From the IMG/VR virus record IMGVR_UViG_2657245143_000002, positions 1-64,000 of that record: a DNA stretch of 64,000 nt. The stretch is one strand, 5' to 3'. Of the stretch, positions 49,374 through 59,519 are shown piece by piece. Origin of the DNA: a virus (Duplodnaviria > Caudoviricetes). The notes under the pieces are model-generated. The model made no database searches. It was not told the origin of the DNA and worked only from the letters and a program-made list of their open reading frames with translations. Positions within the stretch are counted from its first letter, which is position 1. Each line of letters opens with the position of its first letter. The translations under genes and the position numbers were made by a program.

Positions 49374-50461
49374 TGCTGTGCTGCTCCTTCCGTGGTCGCG
49401 CCTTCGGTATCGGTGCCCGTGTCTGTGCCGCCCGTGGCCCCGGTCGTTCCGTCGCCTGTGGTGTCTTCGTCCTTCTCGTCCCCGTTCCTCAGCGCGTCGG
49501 CCGCCGTCCCGGTGACGGCGTTGCGGTAAGCCCTCAATTCCGCGCCGGTTCCGACCGCGCCCCAAGCGACGACCTTCGCGGAGCCCGAGTCGGGGTCCTT
49601 CAGCAGCACGTCGTAGTCGAGCTGCACGGGCTGCGAGTCCTTTTTGGCGTTCCAAGGCCGTACCTCGACGCCGACCCTCGCCACGGCCCAGTTGGACGTG
49701 GACTCGTTCCGGTTGACATCGCCACGGTTCAGGTACGCGGCCTTCTGCACCGTGGCGGACTGCACCTCGCCTATGTCGGCGGCGCGGTAGGCGTGCTTGC
49801 CGTCGGGGTCGGCCACGAGCACGGTGAGCTGCTGCGAGGAGGAGCCCATGTACGCCTGCGCCCATTTCTCCACGACCACCCCGGCGGGGTCGGCGCTCTG
49901 GATGTTGGTCAACCCCAAGGTGCCGGACCAGTCGGGCGTCTCCGAGGGCTTGAGCTCCGGGGCCGGGTCCTTCTCCAGCATCGGCTCGGACACGGGGGAG
50001 CCGTCGGACCTGCGCACCGTGAGCGTCGCCCTCCACACGTCCCCGGCCTTGTCCGCGAGCGTGAAGGAGTGGACGACCAAGGGCACGTTCCTCTTCGAGG
50101 AGCCGTTGCCCGTCTGCGCCCTTTCGTTGGTCACGCCGTCCCAAGACAGGATGCGGCCCTCCTCCAGCGGGGAGCCGTCCCTCAGCCAGTTCTCCACGTA
50201 CATCGTGGCCTGCGTCTTGCCGCTCGGCGCGAAGTCGGCCACCGGCGTCTCCGGGGTCTCCTGAGCGGGGAACACGAGGCCCGCCAAGCCCAGCATCGGG
50301 CCGACCAGCAGCAGGAGGACGACGAATATGCGCCACGGGTTCACCCGTTTCCATGCGATCTGCGCCACGCGGCGGGTCTCGCTCAGCTCCTTGGCCTTGT
50401 CCGGCTTCCTCTCCCAGAACGGGTCGTTGCCTTGGCCGCGCCTTGATGTCCTCGATGCCAT
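49370..50461 (-). CDS. TcpC/VirB8-like conjugation protein (tentative)
   Basis: Single N-terminal TM and two-lobed outer domain; next to pilin-like and VirB6-like genes. Confidence 0.5.
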   Translation of the reverse strand: MASRTSRRGQGNDPFWERKPDKAKELSETRRVAQIAWKRVNPWRIFVVLLLLVGPMLGLAGLVFPAQETPETPVADFAPSGKTQATMYVENWLRDGSPLEEGRILSWDGVTNERAQTGNGSSKRNVPLVVHSFTLADKAGDVWRATLTVRRSDGSPVSEPMLEKDPAPELKPSETPDWSGTLGLTNIQSADPAGVVVEKWAQAYMGSSSQQLTVLVADPDGKHAYRAADIGEVQSATVQKAAYLNRGDVNRNESTSNWAVARVGVEVRPWNAKKDSQPVQLDYDVLLKDPDSGSAKVVAWGAVGTGAELRAYRNAVTGTAADALRNGDEKDEDTTGDGTTGATGGTDTGTDTEGATTEGAAQQ

Positions 50462-50576
50462 GCCATCGCCTTCCTTGTGAACCACATCTGCGGTATGGGC
50501 TGTCCCCGCCGCGACTCCGGGCATGGGAAAGGCCACCGCCGACGGATGCCGGACGGTGGCCTTGGGTCGCCGTGGG

Positions 50577-50918
50577 TTACTTGTTCAGCCCCTGAACCCA
50601 CTCGAACAGGCTCTCGAACATGAAGATCAGGCCGTCGGCTATGAGGCCGACGTACTTCACGAGGCTGGGCGACACGAGGATGGTCGCCACCACGGTGGTC
50701 CAGATCAACTGCTTCGCGTCGATGTTGGCGAACATCTGGTTGTTCGGCAGGAACTTCTTCATCAGCAGGGCCAGCAGCACGAAGCCGAGGCCGAGAGCGC
50801 CGATGGCGAACATGATGCTCTTCACGATGGAGGGCAGCACGCTGTTGACGACGGATTCGAGGGCCGTCTGGACGTCGTTCCTCATGGACGCGGCGAGAAC
50901 GATTTCTCCGTTGGACAT
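50577..50918 (-). CDS. Pilin/VirB2-like small membrane protein (tentative)
   Basis: 113 aa, two hydrophobic helices; AAGGAG RBS. Confidence 0.5.
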   Translation of the reverse strand: MSNGEIVLAASMRNDVQTALESVVNSVLPSIVKSIMFAIGALGLGFVLLALLMKKFLPNNQMFANIDAKQLIWTTVVATILVSPSLVKYVGLIADGLIFMFESLFEWVQGLNK

Positions 50919-51033
50919 GGTTTTCCTCTCCTTGCGCAAGGTTGGGACGCGGGGGCTTCGCGGCCTCCGCTCGCGCTTGGCTGTGCGGCGGGACAGACGG
51001 GATTGGAAAGCACGCATATATAAGGAGCCGGCC

Positions 51034-51396
51034 ATGTGGGACCTCACCTTCCTCAACGGACGCGCGATGGAGGACATGCGCGACGAGAAGATTTTCACGG
51101 TGTATGTGCGCTGGAACGTGCTCGTCACCGCGGCCGTCTGCTTCGTCGTCGCCGGGGTCGTCGCCGCGCCGCTCTTCATACTGAACGGCACCATCGCCCT
51201 CATGGCGTGGCTCGTGCTCGCCGCCGTGGGGACGCTGGTGTTCCAACGGTCGAGGACCGATTCGGCCAGAAGGGGCCGCAGCATGTGGAACGACCTCAAC
51301 GACAAGCGCCGCCTGAAGCCCGGCAGCTTCTTCGTGCCCGGCTCACCGGAGCGCATCGACCCTACGGAGAGCTATTTCGTCGGGTTGGTCGGATAG
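51034..51396 (+). CDS. TcpE/VirB3-like two-TM protein (tentative)
   Basis: AAGGAG RBS; two TM helices; upstream of the VirB6-like gene. Confidence 0.5.
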   Translation: MWDLTFLNGRAMEDMRDEKIFTVYVRWNVLVTAAVCFVVAGVVAAPLFILNGTIALMAWLVLAAVGTLVFQRSRTDSARRGRSMWNDLNDKRRLKPGSFFVPGSPERIDPTESYFVGLVG

Positions 51397-51463
51397 CCCG
51401 TGACCCCGCGCCTCCCCGGACAGACGAGGAAGAAACCTCTATATATAAGGAAGGTGCGGTCAT

Positions 51464-54400
51464 ATGAATGGATTGGTTCTCGCCGCCAAGGGCTGCGACG
51501 GCGCGGGCGCGTGCCTGCCGCTGCTGCGGTGGGGCCCGGTGCTCGGCTCGATCAACTTCAGGTCGGACAAGGGCGGGCTGTTCTCCGGCATCACGAGCAT
51601 GTTCGTCAACATGGGCAACAGCCTGTGGCTGTCCGCCGTCAAGCTCGTGCAGGGCGCGTCGGAGCTCGACCTGATAAAGGACATGGGCTGGCGCATCAAC
51701 GACATCTTCGCCGGTCTGACCAAGGCCCTCACGTCCAACTACTACCTCTTGGCGCTGTTCGCGCTGTTCATACTGGTGTCCGGCGCGGCCATGATTATGC
51801 GCCCCAACGGCTCGGCGGCGTCCGGCGCGAAGGTCCTGCTGAAGAAGCTCGTCGCCTTCGGCTTCGCCGTGGCGATGCTCGTGACGATGGGCAACGCGGC
51901 CGCAGCCTCCAGCGGCAAGGGCAGCACGCCCGCCGTCATGAGCCCCGCGTGGGTCGCCACGAGCATGCAGGACGTGGCCGACAAGGTGACCGAGGGCATG
52001 ACCTCCGGCGCGAGCGACTGGGGCAAGTCCTCCTTCTACGACGCCGACGCGGGCAACCTCTCGTGCAGGCGCTACGTGGCGCAGCTCTACAAGGACGCCG
52101 ACGCCAAGGGCGGCGTCGAGAAGGACGCCGTGGTCCGCGGCCTCTCCTCCTACTGGGAGGACAGTGCCATGTCGTTCTGGACTGCCACGCAGTTCGGTGA
52201 CCAAGACGCCGGCGCGACGTTCGACAACCAGACGCAGGCGTTCTGCCGCGTCCTCGAATCGAGGCTCAACGTCAAGGCTCAGGACCAGATCGACGTGACC
52301 GCCAAGGCCAGCGGAAAGTTCAAGTCCGGCGACTTCGACCCGAACGCGATAGCGTGGAACGGCCCCGAATACCTCGTGGCGAACAAGGAGAACAGCGCCA
52401 CGCAGCCCAAGAAGGTTGACCGTCTGGCGACCATCTGGGAGACCTGCGGCCTGAAGGACGACGGAACCGGCACGGCTCGCGGCGGCTGGGCCTTCACCAA
52501 CGGCATCCCCGGCAAGGACAGGGGCGCGAAGGACGGCGGCGGCGGCAACATAGAACTGAGCTGCGAGGTCGCCCTCCGGGGCACCAAGGCACCCAACGGC
52601 GGCGACGCCGAGGGCGACATCGGCAAATACGTGCTCAACGCCGTGGACGGCGATGACGACAAGGACGGACGGGCCACCGACCAGACCAAGCGCCTCGTCA
52701 CCAAGTTCGACCTGCCCGAGACCGAGGGCGAGGACGCTTACGGCTGGCAGCAGTACTACGACAAGAACGACGACGGGGAACGCGCCGCCGCCGTCACCAT
52801 CAACGCCATGCACGGCGTCAACACCAACGTGAACTTCTGGGGCGCGGTCTGCATGACCCTCTCCTCGCTGGTGAACTTCGTCATCTTCGGCGGTGTCTAC
52901 GCATTGGGCAAGGCGCTGCTTCAGGTGATGCTGCTCGTGTGCTGCCTCGCCTTGGCACCCGCGCTGCTCCTGTACGCGAGCGGCTGGGACAAGGGCTCGC
53001 AGGCGATGGCGTCCGCCGTCAAGTGGTGCGCCGGGACCGCGATGGGTTCCGCGCTGCTCACCTACGGCCTGATGCTCGTCATGCAGATCAGCACCATCGT
53101 CACCAACGCGGTCGGCGGCACCGGCGCGGGCACCGTGCGCATGATAATGATGGGCCTGTCCCCGATACTGACGCTCAGGCTGTTCAAGTTCATAGGCGAG
53201 AAGGTGCTGCACCTCGGCAACATCTCCGTGCGCGGCCTCATGGGCTCCATGATCGGCGGCTCCGCCATCATGGCCGGCCTCGGAAAGCTCACCGGCCTCG
53301 GCAAGGCGGCACCCGGCATGATCGGCGCGTCCGTCGCCGGAGCGGTCGGCGGCTACCAGCAGGGTGGCGCACTCGGCGCGTTGCGCGGCGCGGCGGCCGC
53401 CAACGGGCGGAACAACAGCCTGTACGACAAGTACTGGACCGGACGCAACGCCGCGATGCACGGACGCTGGGCCGACGGCCAGAGCGGAAGGCCGGGCAAC
53501 CCCGCCGCGGCGGCCGCGATGGGCGGGGACGGGGCCTCCTCCACCGTCGTCCCACCGTCCATCGACGCCACGGAGACCAAGGAAGCCACCACCACGCCGA
53601 CCGCCAACCCGGCGGGCGACGCCGCAGCCTCCACCGCCGCCGAAACGCCCACCCCGGAGGAGGCCGGCTTCAAGCCGCTGCCCGACGCGGAGCAGACCCT
53701 CTCCAAGATGGAGGCTTGGAAGCGCCACCGCGCGAACAACGTCTCCGACAAGGGCGTGGCGAAGACCCTCGCGGAGGTCCGCAAGGCCAACCGCAGGGCC
53801 GGCCGCGGCACACTGGCCGGCAACCGCTGGCGCGAGATTCAGGCCAGCGGGCTCAAAGGCCGCGCCGCCGTCGGGGAGATGGCGAAGCGCACCGCGCTGA
53901 GCGGCCTGACCCGCGCGGGCATGGCATTGACCTCCAAGCCCGCGAGGACCGCCGCCAAGGTCGGGTTCGTCGCCGCCACCGGCGGTGCCGGACTCGCGGT
54001 GCTGGCCGGAGCGGCCGCAGTGGGCAAGGCGCACCGCCTCGCCGCAGGCGGCAACATGACCTTCGCGGACCACCTGCGCAAGAACCTCGCCGTCTCCCAC
54101 GCCAAACAGAACGCCGTCGGCTACGCCATGACCGCCGCCGACGACGAGAACGGCGCGGTCGCCCGGCAGATGCTCAAGGCGCAGACCCGCGCCGCCAAAC
54201 GGGTGGTCAAGGCCGAGACCAAGGCCAACAGCGCCGCGAGGACGGCGGGCGAGACCTTCGTCGCCGCCACCGAGGGCCATGCGACCGCCGAGCAACTGGC
54301 CGGGGCACGCGCCGCCAAGACCGAGGCGAGGCAGGCCGTGAAGTCCGCGCAGGACAAGCTGGACGCCGCCAAGGCGAAGACCGTCGATCTGCGCACGCTG

Positions 54401-54604
54401 TCCGACCGTCAGGGCCTCAACGCCCATCAGGAACGGGACGCCCGGCGTGTGGACTTCCATGTCACGAAGCGCAGCGCCGACGGCATCAACCGCAACGACG
54501 TCGGCACGTTCGAGATCAACGGCAGGCGCTACACCGGCACGCGCGGTCAGGTGAGCGACTACCTCAACAAGATCGACGCGGCCAAGGGCAAGGCCGGCAG
54601 GTAA
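51464..54604 (+). CDS. Extended VirB6-like polytopic membrane protein
   Basis: N-terminal TMs, outer loop, multi-TM block, long Ala-rich basic cytoplasmic tail. Confidence 0.65.
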   Translation: MNGLVLAAKGCDGAGACLPLLRWGPVLGSINFRSDKGGLFSGITSMFVNMGNSLWLSAVKLVQGASELDLIKDMGWRINDIFAGLTKALTSNYYLLALFALFILVSGAAMIMRPNGSAASGAKVLLKKLVAFGFAVAMLVTMGNAAAASSGKGSTPAVMSPAWVATSMQDVADKVTEGMTSGASDWGKSSFYDADAGNLSCRRYVAQLYKDADAKGGVEKDAVVRGLSSYWEDSAMSFWTATQFGDQDAGATFDNQTQAFCRVLESRLNVKAQDQIDVTAKASGKFKSGDFDPNAIAWNGPEYLVANKENSATQPKKVDRLATIWETCGLKDDGTGTARGGWAFTNGIPGKDRGAKDGGGGNIELSCEVALRGTKAPNGGDAEGDIGKYVLNAVDGDDDKDGRATDQTKRLVTKFDLPETEGEDAYGWQQYYDKNDDGERAAAVTINAMHGVNTNVNFWGAVCMTLSSLVNFVIFGGVYALGKALLQVMLLVCCLALAPALLLYASGWDKGSQAMASAVKWCAGTAMGSALLTYGLMLVMQISTIVTNAVGGTGAGTVRMIMMGLSPILTLRLFKFIGEKVLHLGNISVRGLMGSMIGGSAIMAGLGKLTGLGKAAPGMIGASVAGAVGGYQQGGALGALRGAAAANGRNNSLYDKYWTGRNAAMHGRWADGQSGRPGNPAAAAAMGGDGASSTVVPPSIDATETKEATTTPTANPAGDAAASTAAETPTPEEAGFKPLPDAEQTLSKMEAWKRHRANNVSDKGVAKTLAEVRKANRRAGRGTLAGNRWREIQASGLKGRAAVGEMAKRTALSGLTRAGMALTSKPARTAAKVGFVAATGGAGLAVLAGAAAVGKAHRLAAGGNMTFADHLRKNLAVSHAKQNAVGYAMTAADDENGAVARQMLKAQTRAAKRVVKAETKANSAARTAGETFVAATEGHATAEQLAGARAAKTEARQAVKSAQDKLDAAKAKTVDLRTLSDRQGLNAHQERDARRVDFHVTKRSADGINRNDVGTFEINGRRYTGTRGQVSDYLNKIDAAKGKAGR

Positions 54605-54629
54605 GGACGGCCGAGCCGAACCAACCCGG

Positions 54630-54661
54630 AACCCCGGAAACCCAGCGTTTTCCGGGGTTTT
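54630..54661 (+). terminator. Rho-independent terminator
   Basis: AACCCCGGAAA...TTTCCGGGGTTTT. Confidence 0.7.
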
Positions 54662-54715
54662 CCCTTGCCCCGCGGCGCACAGCCCAGAACGGTACCCAAA
54701 GAAAGGAATCCGAAT

Positions 54716-56674
54716 ATGAGACGAATGCTTGCGAAGGCACTCGCGCTGCTCATGGCGCTGGCGACGCTTTTCGCGCCCGTGGTGGCGGCGCACGCCGCCG
54801 TGCCAGCCACCGACGCGGGAGGCGCGGCCGCGGCCGCAGCGGCGGAGGTCGTCCGAAAGGACGTCAACTGCGACCCGACCGTGCCGGACTACGCCGGCAC
54901 GGAGGCGTGCGGAAATCCGGGAACCGGCGGCGGGACGCACTGCTCGATCACATCCTTCGACGCGGCCTCCTCCCATGAGGGCGGGAACGGCTGGAACGAC
55001 CACTTCCCGCGCTACGACAGCGACAACCCCTGCCTGCCGACCGGCAAGGCCAAGGTCAGCAAGTCCGATGTGAACGTCGGTGAGAAATTCCACGACGACA
55101 TCACCATCACGCCGCAGAGGGAGAGCCCCGGCGTCACGGGCACCGTGGACTACACGCGCAGGGATTTCTACGTGCGACCCTATGCCTCCGCGCTCCAGCA
55201 GGACGGCACCTATAAGGCGCTCGAAGGCTACGCCCCGGAGGACATCAAGCTCACCGACGCGCAGCTCAAGGACCTCTCCGACGGCAAGGACGTCACGGTC
55301 GCCACACCCGACGCGACCTACGGCAAGGCCGGGAAAGTGTTGTGGGGCTTCGCCTTCTACATGGACGGCGGCAAGGAGAAGACGGTGCTGATCGAGCAGG
55401 ACCCCAGCGCCGACCTGACCGACGCGACCGTGACCGTGACGGACAAGGCGAGCCATCCGGGCATCGACGCCGAGAAGCACGACAAGGAATCCGGCCCCGT
55501 CGAGGCCGAGCTGGCGACGAGGGCGTCCGTCAAGGGCGGGTACTCCGACTGGCACCCCGAGGAAGGTGTCGCCAGCGGCGGCACCTACAACTTTGGCAGT
55601 CTGGGTGACTCCTTCGACGACAACATCGCCCTGCGCGGCGACCTGCCGGAGGGCGGCTACGTCGAGGTCACCGCCTACGAGCCGCAGGCCGGCGACAGGT
55701 TCGACCCCGCCAAGGCGAAGCCGATGTCCGGCTTCCCGCAGCGCATCGACCTCACCGCCCGGCAGATCGCGGACGCCAAGGCCGGCAAGTGGGTGACCTT
55801 CGCCTCCAAGGAAACCGGCCCGGTCACCGCCAAGGGCCGCATCCAGTGGGCCGCCACGCTGTACGATGCCAAGGGCAACAAGGTCACGGACGACACCAAG
55901 AGCAAGTACTCGTCCGAATACAACATCGTCTCGGTGCCCTACTGCACCTATAGGGCGGGCTCAGCGGCCCCCGGCGGGCCGGCCACATCCCTGCCCGCCC
56001 TCAGCGAGACCGACTGCGCCCCGACCCTGACCACCAAGACGAGCAGGGACTCCGTGGGCACCGGCGGGAGGTTCCATGACGTCGTGACGATCACCCTGCC
56101 CAAGGTCCCCGACGGCAAGGGCGGCTTCTACGACGAGTACATGGGCTTCCACTACGACGATGGAAACGACGAGAACTTCTACACGATGGACGGCAGGATG
56201 TACCTCTACCTCGACGTGACCGCCTACGAGCCGCAGGACGGCAAGTTCGACAAGGGCTCCGCCAAGGTGCTCCACAACGAGAAGATCAGGCTGACCGACC
56301 AGCAGACGAAGGACCTCCTGAAGAACCACTCCGTCACCATCGACACCTCCGACGTCTCCGCCGACAGGGCCGGCAACGTCTACTGGGCCGTGTCGCTCTA
56401 CACGGACGCCGTGACACCGGAGGGCGGCGAGAAGTTCCTGAACCGCTACAAGGGCTGGACCTCGCTCAAGGAGCTTCCCGCCCTGTGGGCCACCCACAAG
56501 GTCGGCATCCCGGAGGAGACCACCAAGGTGACCCCGACGCCGGTCCCCATGAGCAAGGACCTCGCGCAGACCGGCGTAAGCGTGTCCGTCCCCGGGCTCG
56601 TCGCGGTGGGTCTGTTGATCGCAGCGACCGTGCTGGGCATCGTGGCGGCCAAGAGGTCGCGCATCGGCTCCTGA
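54716..56674 (+). CDS. Sortase-anchored surface protein with internal repeats
   Basis: Signal peptide; repeated FHDDI/VTAYEPQ/LTD.Q modules; LAQTG + TM + basic tail. Confidence 0.85.
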   Translation: MRRMLAKALALLMALATLFAPVVAAHAAVPATDAGGAAAAAAAEVVRKDVNCDPTVPDYAGTEACGNPGTGGGTHCSITSFDAASSHEGGNGWNDHFPRYDSDNPCLPTGKAKVSKSDVNVGEKFHDDITITPQRESPGVTGTVDYTRRDFYVRPYASALQQDGTYKALEGYAPEDIKLTDAQLKDLSDGKDVTVATPDATYGKAGKVLWGFAFYMDGGKEKTVLIEQDPSADLTDATVTVTDKASHPGIDAEKHDKESGPVEAELATRASVKGGYSDWHPEEGVASGGTYNFGSLGDSFDDNIALRGDLPEGGYVEVTAYEPQAGDRFDPAKAKPMSGFPQRIDLTARQIADAKAGKWVTFASKETGPVTAKGRIQWAATLYDAKGNKVTDDTKSKYSSEYNIVSVPYCTYRAGSAAPGGPATSLPALSETDCAPTLTTKTSRDSVGTGGRFHDVVTITLPKVPDGKGGFYDEYMGFHYDDGNDENFYTMDGRMYLYLDVTAYEPQDGKFDKGSAKVLHNEKIRLTDQQTKDLLKNHSVTIDTSDVSADRAGNVYWAVSLYTDAVTPEGGEKFLNRYKGWTSLKELPALWATHKVGIPEETTKVTPTPVPMSKDLAQTGVSVSVPGLVAVGLLIAATVLGIVAAKRSRIGS

Positions 56675-56695
56675 GCCGGCACCGCATAGACCGGT

Positions 56696-56730
56696 AAAGG
56701 CCACGCTTCCACCAAGGAGGCGTGGCCTTT
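56696..56730 (+). terminator. Hairpin terminator
   Basis: AAAGGCCACGC...GCGTGGCCTTT. Confidence 0.65.
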
Positions 56731-56797
56731 CCCATGCCGCCCGCACAGCCCTTCCCGAAAGACCACGAAGGCCCTCCGTCACAGAAAGGCATTTGAT

Positions 56798-57526
56798 ATG
56801 TTCAAGTTCAAGAAGGCATCCGCAGCGGTCGCCTCGGCGTTGCTCGCGTTCGCGGCTCTGGTTCCGTCCACGGCGTTCGCGGCGGGCGGCGGCAGCGCCG
56901 ACGCGGGCCCGGTCGAATACCCGGTGGGCCTCCCGACGAAGGTCGCCGGCTCCGCCTACACCGCATCCGTGGGTGATGACCTCTCCTATGACATCACCAT
57001 GTACTACGTGGACAGCGACTTCGGCACCAACAACACGGTCCCCGGCAGGAAGGACAACACGAGGATGTTCGTGGACGTCTACTGGTCCGACCAGAAGCCG
57101 GATTACGGCGACTTCACCGAGCAGAACCCCGTGGAGGACGCGCACCACAAGAAGGTCGCCCACCGCATCTATGACATGGCCCCACTTGTAGCGCCTGCGG
57201 TCCAGAAGGACATGGACGACAACTACTACAACGGCCCATACAGCTCCTACTACCAAGAGCACTACACCCCGGAGGAGTTCAGGGGGACCAGCGCTCCGAA
57301 CGTGACCTTCACCGCGTTCGGCCCCAACGGCATGCCCACCAAGAACGGCGTCAAGCCGACCTTGAAGGCCGACAAGCCCGGTTACTACACCGCCGTCGTG
57401 ACGCAGGACCTCCCCTCCAACTGGAAGGACAGGAGCTCCACGGTGGTCAAGGACTACTGCGACGCCTCGGACCCCGCCGGCCACACCTCCTACAACAGTT
57501 GGAACGCCACCATCGAGGTCAAGTGA
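56798..57526 (+). CDS. Secreted hypothetical protein
   Basis: Signal peptide ending AFA; AGAAAGG RBS. Confidence 0.75.
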   Translation: MFKFKKASAAVASALLAFAALVPSTAFAAGGGSADAGPVEYPVGLPTKVAGSAYTASVGDDLSYDITMYYVDSDFGTNNTVPGRKDNTRMFVDVYWSDQKPDYGDFTEQNPVEDAHHKKVAHRIYDMAPLVAPAVQKDMDDNYYNGPYSSYYQEHYTPEEFRGTSAPNVTFTAFGPNGMPTKNGVKPTLKADKPGYYTAVVTQDLPSNWKDRSSTVVKDYCDASDPAGHTSYNSWNATIEVK

Positions 57527-57703
57527 CCCCGCGCCGGGCATCTTGACGAGCGCCTACCCCGTGGGCACCGGCAAGATCACCCCGTGAACGGGGCGACGAC
57601 CAGAGGAACCGCGCATGCGCCGCAAGGCGGTGCGCGGTTTTCTCGTATATCCGGTTTCTTTTGCGATTCGACGGCCGACCAACCGTCGGAGGAGGGTTGA
57701 AAA

Positions 57704-58258
57704 ATGAGTCTCAGATCGAAAATGTGGAAGGCGTGGCGGGAGTACCAATATCTCCGCTGGCTCGCCTACGTCGCGTCGGTGCTGGTGCCGATGCTGTCCC
57801 TCGCGGGGGCGTGGCTGTGGAGGCGGACCACGGAGCTCGCCGCGTCGGCCCCGGAGTTCTCCGGCGGCGACGAGACGTGGGGCGGCCTGTCGAAGGCGGT
57901 GGGCACGACCGCCGCGGCGGGTGCCCCTGCGGTCCCGCTGTGGGTCCTGCTCGCCCCGCTGCCCGTCGTCCTGCCGCTCTGCGTGCTGCTGTGGCCGCAG
58001 CCCAAGCCGAAGGTCCCCAAGGACGGCAAGGGTCCACGGAGGTTCCCGGAGGAGGAGGCCGCCAAGGCGAAGCGGACCTGCCACGGCAGGTGCCAGCGCA
58101 GGTCGCTGCTGGGTCTGGGGCCGCGATGCGAGGAGCGCCCGTGCAGGCTGCTGCATGTGTTCCCGTGGGACAAGGGAGGCCCTTCGACGGCGGACAACGC
58201 GATGGCGGTGTGCAGGAGGCACGCCAAGGCGGGGGGAGCGGAGGCTGAACTGGATTGA
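57704..58258 (+). CDS. Membrane-anchored HNH-like protein
   Basis: Two TM segments; C..RC...LHVFPWDKGGPSTADNAMAVCRRH. Confidence 0.6.
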   Translation: MSLRSKMWKAWREYQYLRWLAYVASVLVPMLSLAGAWLWRRTTELAASAPEFSGGDETWGGLSKAVGTTAAAGAPAVPLWVLLAPLPVVLPLCVLLWPQPKPKVPKDGKGPRRFPEEEAAKAKRTCHGRCQRRSLLGLGPRCEERPCRLLHVFPWDKGGPSTADNAMAVCRRHAKAGGAEAELD

Positions 58259-58334
58259 GGCGGCGAGGATAAGGCGGGGCGGAAGATCACGCACCATGCG
58301 GGAGACGACGAAAAACTAGTTGGAGGAGTGCCAG

Positions 58335-59087
58335 ATGGACAAAAGGCTTAGTGGTTCCGTATTGAGAGGGAAGCGCCTGCGGGAGTACAAACCCAGCTAT
58401 CGCACTTATCAGGGGCTCTTACTGAGTGAGGCTCAGGTTGTGGTGAAGCCGCGAGTCACCAAGGCTGACAGACAGCGATATGGCAAGGGTTTTGTGGCAT
58501 TTAGCTGTCCCTACTGCCTCTACCACATGGAGCTCCCTCTGGACCGTTGGGTGCGGCACTCCTTTTGCAAGGGCTGCAAGAGGCATATCTGCCCGATGGG
58601 CTCCTCGTTCATGGAAGTCATGGTGTTCGTAACCCTTCGCAGAAGGTATCTGGGGGCGCTCTGGCATGACTATTCGCTGATCGGCAGGGAGCTGGACGTT
58701 TACCTACCGAATGAAGGCATCGCAATCGAAGTAGGCTCATGGTATCAGCACAAGGGCGAACTCAAAGCCGATATGCAGAAACGAGAGCTGTGTGAGGAAA
58801 AGGGCGTCAGATTGCTGACCATCTACAATGGCAAAGTCGAGAAAGGCGACCCAAGGGTGCCGGCAGATTGCTGGTTCTGCCAGCAGGACTTGTTTGCAAA
58901 CAGCACGCTTTCCGACAAGAGCCTTCGGTACATGATCGAGGCAATTCTGGGAGAGCTTGGTGGTCCATCACTAACCTCGGAGGAGTGGTGGCAAGCCAAG
59001 CTGGACTGCTTCAAGATGACCTTGGCTGAGAAGGTGCCCTCCGACTTCTACTGGGAGGACCTAGAAAAGGCAAGGACCTGCGCCTGA
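58335..59087 (+). CDS. Zn-finger + PD-(D/E)xK (Vsr/DUF559-like) endonuclease
   Basis: CPYC...CKGC; ELDVYLPNEGIAIEVGSWYQH...KGVRLLTI; lower GC. Confidence 0.7.
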   Translation: MDKRLSGSVLRGKRLREYKPSYRTYQGLLLSEAQVVVKPRVTKADRQRYGKGFVAFSCPYCLYHMELPLDRWVRHSFCKGCKRHICPMGSSFMEVMVFVTLRRRYLGALWHDYSLIGRELDVYLPNEGIAIEVGSWYQHKGELKADMQKRELCEEKGVRLLTIYNGKVEKGDPRVPADCWFCQQDLFANSTLSDKSLRYMIEAILGELGGPSLTSEEWWQAKLDCFKMTLAEKVPSDFYWEDLEKARTCA

Positions 59088-59102
59088 CCCACACCCAAGA
59101 CC

Positions 59103-59129
59103 AAACCCCGGCAATGACGCCGGGGTTTT
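59103..59129 (+). terminator. Rho-independent terminator
   Basis: AAACCCCGGC...GCCGGGGTTTT. Confidence 0.7.
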
Positions 59130-59519
59130 CCATATACGCGCCCAGATGCACAGTGTCAGAAAAACTGGGTAAGCAACCTCCCCAAAGTTTCCGACACCGC
59201 CTCCCCAGTTTCGTTATCGGATATACCCGAGGGAACCACCGAGACCGGATGCCCCGCCCGGCAGGCCGGTGACCGTCGGAGGCCGACCACAGGCCACGGC
59301 CTGTGGTCGAAGACCTCTTAGGTCTTTGAGAGGCCGTAGAAGGCCGCAGAAGGCGGTTCTGTAGGTCCCAGAGGCCTCCGTGCAGCCTCTCAAGCCCTTC
59401 GCTGCCCGGGAAAGCCGTCATCCCCATCCGGTGGCCGTCCAAGACCATCTAGGACCGGGGACGGGCGTGCCGCCCGCGTGGGAGGCTTCCCGAAGGGACC
59501 TCCGAAAGGCCCCAAACAC

